A DNA stretch of 57,300 nucleotides, counting the filler, from Sphacelaria rigidula (taxonomy: Eukaryota): the NCBI GenBank assembly GCA_964200075.2. It is 4 parts of 4 records of this genome, joined end to end, with 100 filler letters (N's around TTAATTAATTAA, not from the genome) between each part and the next. Parts side by side here need not be neighbours in the genome. Positions count along the whole stretch, not along the records: positions 43,052 to 57,300 come from CAXNAA020002359.1; 3 more parts are not named here. One strand, written 5' to 3'. Shown in pieces: positions 52,151-57,300 of this stretch; the stretch's first letter is position 1, and the number at the start of each line of letters is the position of its first letter. Both the position numbers and the translations under genes were made by a program. Below the pieces are notes generated by a model. That model did not search any database. It saw only the letters and a program-made list of their open reading frames with translations, and had not been told where the DNA came from.

Positions 52151-53354
52151 AAAGAAATTCGCAAATAATAAAAAAATCAAAACATAGGACCACGCAATCG
52201 ACACAAACGAACCTGTTGACACGTCGGGCAGCTTTCGGGCTACCTCAATATCACCTCTTCTTAGTGTAGTGATCCGAATCATGGGCTAGTTTCTTTGACC
52301 CCCTTCTTCAAATTTGCTCCAAGTAGTATTTCATCATCGACACGCGCAGCATGTCGAGGGATGCCGCCGTGCCACATGAAAAGTGCCCGGCTGCTAATGT
52401 GAAGATATTTTTATCGAATTCTTACCAAAATCTCCTGCACGCAAGCACGCACGATATTTTCGATCCCGCCGTGTATTGTTTATTTCACGGAGTGGCATGG
52501 GAGAGATGGTTTGATCCCTTGAGACCACGGACTCGTCCCGAGGAGGGGGGGAGTTCAAAGTGCGACAATAAAAATAATAAAAATACGAAATAAACGAGTA
52601 GTAATATTATGTATTGGGATTTTCTCAATTTTTGCTTACACTTCAAATCTCTCCAACACTTTGTTGTTTTCTTTCCTTGGCATCCCTCGACATGTTGCGC
52701 GTGTTGATGAAATTTGCAGGGATATACACGTTACACGTTTGTGTTCACGTTACGTTCATCACGTAATAGAATTTCAGTGTTTACGTGACGTGTCGTGTGT
52801 CACTTGAAAAAAATCGGCGTTACGTGAACGTTTTATTTGAAAATTTAACGTGACGTTCACGTTACGTCCATCACGTAGATCTGTTTTCACGTTACGTTAT
52901 GTTACATGTAACGTAATATGAAACGTTTTGTGTAACGTGTAACATCTAGTGTAACGTTCAAATGTAACGTTTCATTCTGTGCATGTCGCGGCTCATCTAC
53001 CAGTGTTCAAGGCGTTGTAACGTGTTGTGTAACGCGTGACGTCACCGTGTACGTGACGCTGACCGTGGCCCGTCGTATGTTTGAGCGTAGGCGCATCATC
53101 TGATTGCGTAACATTACTTTATCTACCGTGTATCGTTCATTCGTTTTTGACCGTATTATTTTCATCTCTCCTCTTTTCGTTTCGTCATCTTGTTGCCAAC
53201 CTTCAATTTATAATTTTCGAATGCTTGGTCATTCGCACGACAGCACATACTGTACACAACAGTTCGTGGACATGATTGGACGCCGGGTTGCGTCGCCAGG
53301 CATTTCGCAGACAGAACTATATCGGGTACCCTTGTTTTTATGTATGCGTACATC

Positions 53355-53710
53355 TGGTCGCTCTCTTGGCAACCTCGAAACCTTCTGACGGTTGGGTCGT
53401 GCGTTCGAATCTCGGAACGACCCCGGATATTTTTTCACACCATGCCCAACGGTGGAGGACGACCATGTCGTGGGTACACAAAGTTCGACTCAACGGTCGA
53501 CGAGGCAAATGGGGAATGCTGAACCCTTCTCGCGATAAAAAATAAAGTAAAGCTCCGCACAGGGAAGGTCGAGTACAAAAAACAATCAAACAAAAAAGAT
53601 ACTGCGCTGTTGACCTTCCCCCCGTGTGAGCCCAGCTGGCGCGCCCACATATACCGAAAGGTGGAGAACGGTGTCCAGAACAGATAGGACGGCAAACACA
53701 ACACACACAT
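53355..53710 (+). mobile_element. tRNA-derived SINE, family A (second copy, nested)
   Basis: Colinear with 12310-12655 (CCTCGAAACCTTCTGACG.TTGGGTCGTG..TTCGAATCTC; ACCGAAAGGT hairpin), with a CA-rich tail. Confidence 0.8.
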
Positions 53711-54179
53711 ACATGTATTAATGGACAAACAAGATACTTTATCACGGCCGGCAAAGGCAGGCGTACGTAATTTTGCACATATGCATGACAGGTTTACAAC
53801 GCGGTCCAGGCAATCAGATCCTTCAGGCGTCATCGTCAATCTTCGCCCAGCTAGGGATGAACGCTCGCAAAAAAACAGAAAAATAAACAGCATCTAGGCC
53901 CCACCATATATGTGATAGTCTAGGATGAACGTTTGCCGGTACGAAAAGCTCGACATGTCACGGAAGCCGGCAAGGTAGTTATGGCAATGTCCTTCCACCG
54001 ATATCAACTTACAGTGCACTGCTGCAGAGTTCACAGGTGAGTATTTTTGCTATTGCCTCACCCGCAGTTCGTCCAGGTGTAGTGGATTTTTCCACCATCT
54101 CACCGCGCCAGATTATATGTGAAAATGTGTAAGATCCTGCCTTATACTGTATGTTGAAATGTCCACACGCCGAACAAAT

Positions 54180-55609
54180 CAGCTCTCTGTAGCTCGAGCT
54201 AGCTCTTTTTGAGCGTAGCTCCCTAGTGAGCTATGAGAGCTACATGAGCTACGCATGTTTTTCCTGGGGTGAGCTACGGGAGCTGTATGAGGTGCACATG
54301 TTTGCCGTGGGTGAGCTACCAACCCGTAGCTCATTAGATCATGTTCGTCCTGGGTGAGCCATGGGAGCTGTATGAGCTACGCACGTTTGCGATAGGTGAG
54401 CTACCAGCCCGTGGCTCATCAGCTCATATTCGCCCTGGGTGAGCTATGAGAGCTGCATGAGCTACGCATATTTGTGCCGGATAAACTATGAGAGATGCAT
54501 GAGCTACACATGCTTGCCGTGGATGAGCTATGAGAGATGCATGAGCCACACATTTTTGCTCTGGATAAGCTACGAGAGCTAGGTGAGCTGCGAATAATTG
54601 CCCTGGACGTGCTATGAGAGCTATGAGAACTCCGATTGCTCATCCCTTTGACCGCGAGGGTAGGAGGTCTCTGAATCGGCATCATTCACACCGGGAAAAT
54701 AAAGTGGAATATGCTGATTTATCAGATCGCCAACCCTCACGATCGAAGGGCTAAGCCCTTGACGGCAAGCATAAGTCATCGGTTGAATAAGCTCCAATTT
54801 CACTTGAGAAACGTATGCATGACCAGATGAACTCGTACCGTCGCGGCCAACCAATCAAAAGAAATGAATCGGTCGATTATTGTAGACACTGAAAACTCAT
54901 ACCTTTTTTAAACATCCGACCAAGCAAACGAGGATATGTATTGGCTTCTTTTCTTCCTATCGCGAAGAGTGAGGCAAAACATCACAACCTAATGATATGT
55001 GGCGCCATCCGTTCGAACAAGAATGTTACATCATGAGTGAAACAGGGTTGGCCAGCGGCGAGCTAGGCATATGATGTGAGTGAGCCATGACCATGCATCC
55101 CGGGGGTGAGCTACCGGGCGTAGCTCATCCGCTCATGTTTTCCGGGTGAGCTACAAGAGCTGCGTGAGCTACACATGTTTGCTTTGGGTGAGCTATCGAG
55201 CGTAGCTCATCCGCATATGTTTTCCCAGAGTGAGCTGTGAGAGCTACATAAGCTGCACATGTTTGCCCTGGGTGAGCTACCAACCCGTAGCTCATCAGCT
55301 CATATTCGCCCTGAATGAGCTATGGGAGCTGTACGAGCTATGCACGTTTGCGATAGGTGAGCTACCAACCCGTAGCTCATCAGCTCAGATTCGTCCTGGG
55401 TTAGCTATGAGAGCTGCATGAGCTACGCATGTTTGCCCTGAGTGAGCTACCAACCCGAAGCTCATCAGCTCATATTTGCCCTGGGTGAGCTACCATCTCG
55501 TAGCTCATCAGCGCACGTTTACCTTGTGTTGAGCTATCGGACGTAGCTCACATGTACATGTTTGACTACAAGTGAGCTACCGCCCGCAGATGAGCTCGCT
55601 CATGCCCTG
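54180..55609. repeat. GAGCT-rich complex satellite-like array, interrupted at ~54640-55050
   Basis: Units such as GGGTGAGCTACCAACCCGTAGCTCATCAGCTCATATT and GAGCTATGAGAGCTGCATGAGCTACGCATGTTTGCCCT; ends in ...CATGCCCTG. Confidence 0.9.
54644..54750. mobile_element. Diverged piggyBac-type MITE copy
   Basis: CCCTTTGACCGCGAG...CTGAATCGGCA...CTCACGATCGAAGGG|CTAA; homologous to 13850-13947. Confidence 0.65.
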
Positions 55610-57300
55610 TCCCACGTGTGGAAATGTCTCAGACCCTGGACGAAGATTCTACAGTCAGTACGAGCACGGTGATAAAACGTGTACTGCGCACAGTATTGAA
55701 TATAGTGCCGGCTATAATTTGTGTAATACTCGTACCTCAAGTCGGTGACTGCAACGCTACACTTCGAGACAACATGTTGTAAAATCTCCAGGGTATGAAA
55801 TGCTACAGGCGACTTTCGCGCCATAGCGGCTGTGTTGTCATACAGCTTCGCTCAAGATACAGGCAGCCATGACAGCAGCAGAGGCGGCCTTTCACTCCTG
55901 CGTGCGCAACCTGGGGCAAACGCACGCTGTAGCTGCAACACAGAGAGCTTTACAAAATGTGTCGTCGCAATAGAGGGCATAGCTTGAGCATAGCAAAGGG
56001 TGATATCCCGCGAACACGTTGACCGCAGATACAAGCGGTTGCGTGCATGATGTGGCGAACTGCATAGAACAGCACGAAATCAATGCAACATAGGGATAGG
56101 CTGAGGATGTGACGTTCTGTGGTGTGATTTGTCACCCTGCACCCTGCCGCTGTGCAGTGAGCAAGTAGTACCAACGAAGGCGTAACGCCGCGGTTGGTAC
56201 GCAGTGTCGAACACATAGCAGCAACAGCATGTTTCACGTACCACAGACAAGGATGTGTGTTTCAAGACCGATGCGCACAGAGTGGGACCCGTATCAACAG
56301 AGCCCTGAACCAACTCGCCCTGTTCGAGCGGATACAGAAATCCTTTCAGCAAAAACCGCTCATGTGCTGTAACGAACCTCATGCGTCATGCAGCTTTCTC
56401 CTATGTGCGGCATCGCCCGTGAAGCGAGCTGTTGAAGCTAACAGTGCCCAACCCTCTTCCCACGATGACCTCCTGTCAGCTCGAGATAATTGAAACTGCG
56501 GAACATGACTTCAACTACTAGAACGTATACCTCACCGTCATAAACTGCCTCCATAACATTGAAGAGGAATTTCACTGTGAAGCACAATCTTTTAGGATAT
56601 GAAAATTCATCGCATACTTCAAGTGGCATCGCTTCATGTAACGTAGTATGAAACGTTTCATGTAACGTAACTTCTATTACATGTTACACGTGCATGGTAT
56701 GTTACACGTTACATGAAACGTTTCATATTACGTGTTTTGAACGTTCGGGCAGTATAACGTTCACGTAAAGTTGCGCATGTCACCTTGAACAAAATTAATG
56801 TTACGTTCACGTTATATTTGAAAAATCAACGTTACGTTCATCATGAGAAAAAAAAATTACGTTCGTTACGTTTTGGCCGAAACGTAACGTGAACGTAACG
56901 TGAACGTAACGTGTAACGCTATGGCACGTGTAACGTGTATATCCCTGAAAAATTTCGTGTCAAATTTCAGCGCGTAAGTCCTCGAATCACCCACAGCCCC
57001 GTCCGGAAACATTAAAAAATCACTGCCTGCTGGCCCAGCTCGTAGTCCATCTGAGTCCATCTGACGGGGGGTTCGCAGTTGAAGGGTCAAGCCATATTTT
57101 GCAGGGTACTCCTCGGTAATTTACCGTCAACAGGCGGTAATTGTTTTTAATCGACATACTGGCCGCAGGAATTTTTTTTACCAAAAACAAATGTGATGGC
57201 GAAAAAGAGGACGGGAAGGGTCTTCAGGCGGTCTCGAACTCAAGCGTGCCCTCGACACCAACCTTGCACAATCAATGAAAATGTCCAAAATTACCGCCTA

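Larger units (their letters stand above)
52717..56947. mobile_element. 4.2-kb non-autonomous hAT-like TIR element with ACGT-rich subterminal arrays and nested insertions
   Basis: Perfect 22-bp TIR CAGGGATATACACGTTACACGT / ACGTGTAACGTGTATATCCCTG. Imperfect AAATTT-containing flanking duplication. The two flanks join into a paralogue of 45961-46130. Confidence 0.85.

Overview
This is eukaryotic genomic DNA, most likely from a brown alga (Phaeophyceae). That assignment is an inference from long GT-AG introns, the repeat style and an Ectocarpus-type LINE. The window is not one locus. It is four unrelated contigs of 14251, 14250, 14250 and 14249 bp, joined by artificial 100-bp spacers (44N-TTAATTAATTAA-44N). 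Contig 1 holds the first two exons of a phosducin-like/TXNDC9 gene, plus MITEs and tRNA-derived SINEs. Contig 2 holds a decayed LINE reverse transcriptase interrupted by a MITE, a foldback element, and about 5 kb of decayed intronless coding-like sequence of unknown identity. Contig 3 holds eight exons of a 5'-truncated triple-KH RNA-binding protein with a very long RD/RG-rich and polyQ linker. Contig 4 is almost entirely nested transposon debris. It includes a 4.2-kb CAGGG-TIR element whose empty-site paralogue lies in the same contig. It also includes a decayed cassette of zinc fingers followed by a SET/post-SET-like domain, lying between transposon-type repeats; this is the most intriguing candidate. 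No rRNA, intact tRNA or CRISPR array was found. Most ORFs in the supplied track are spurious.
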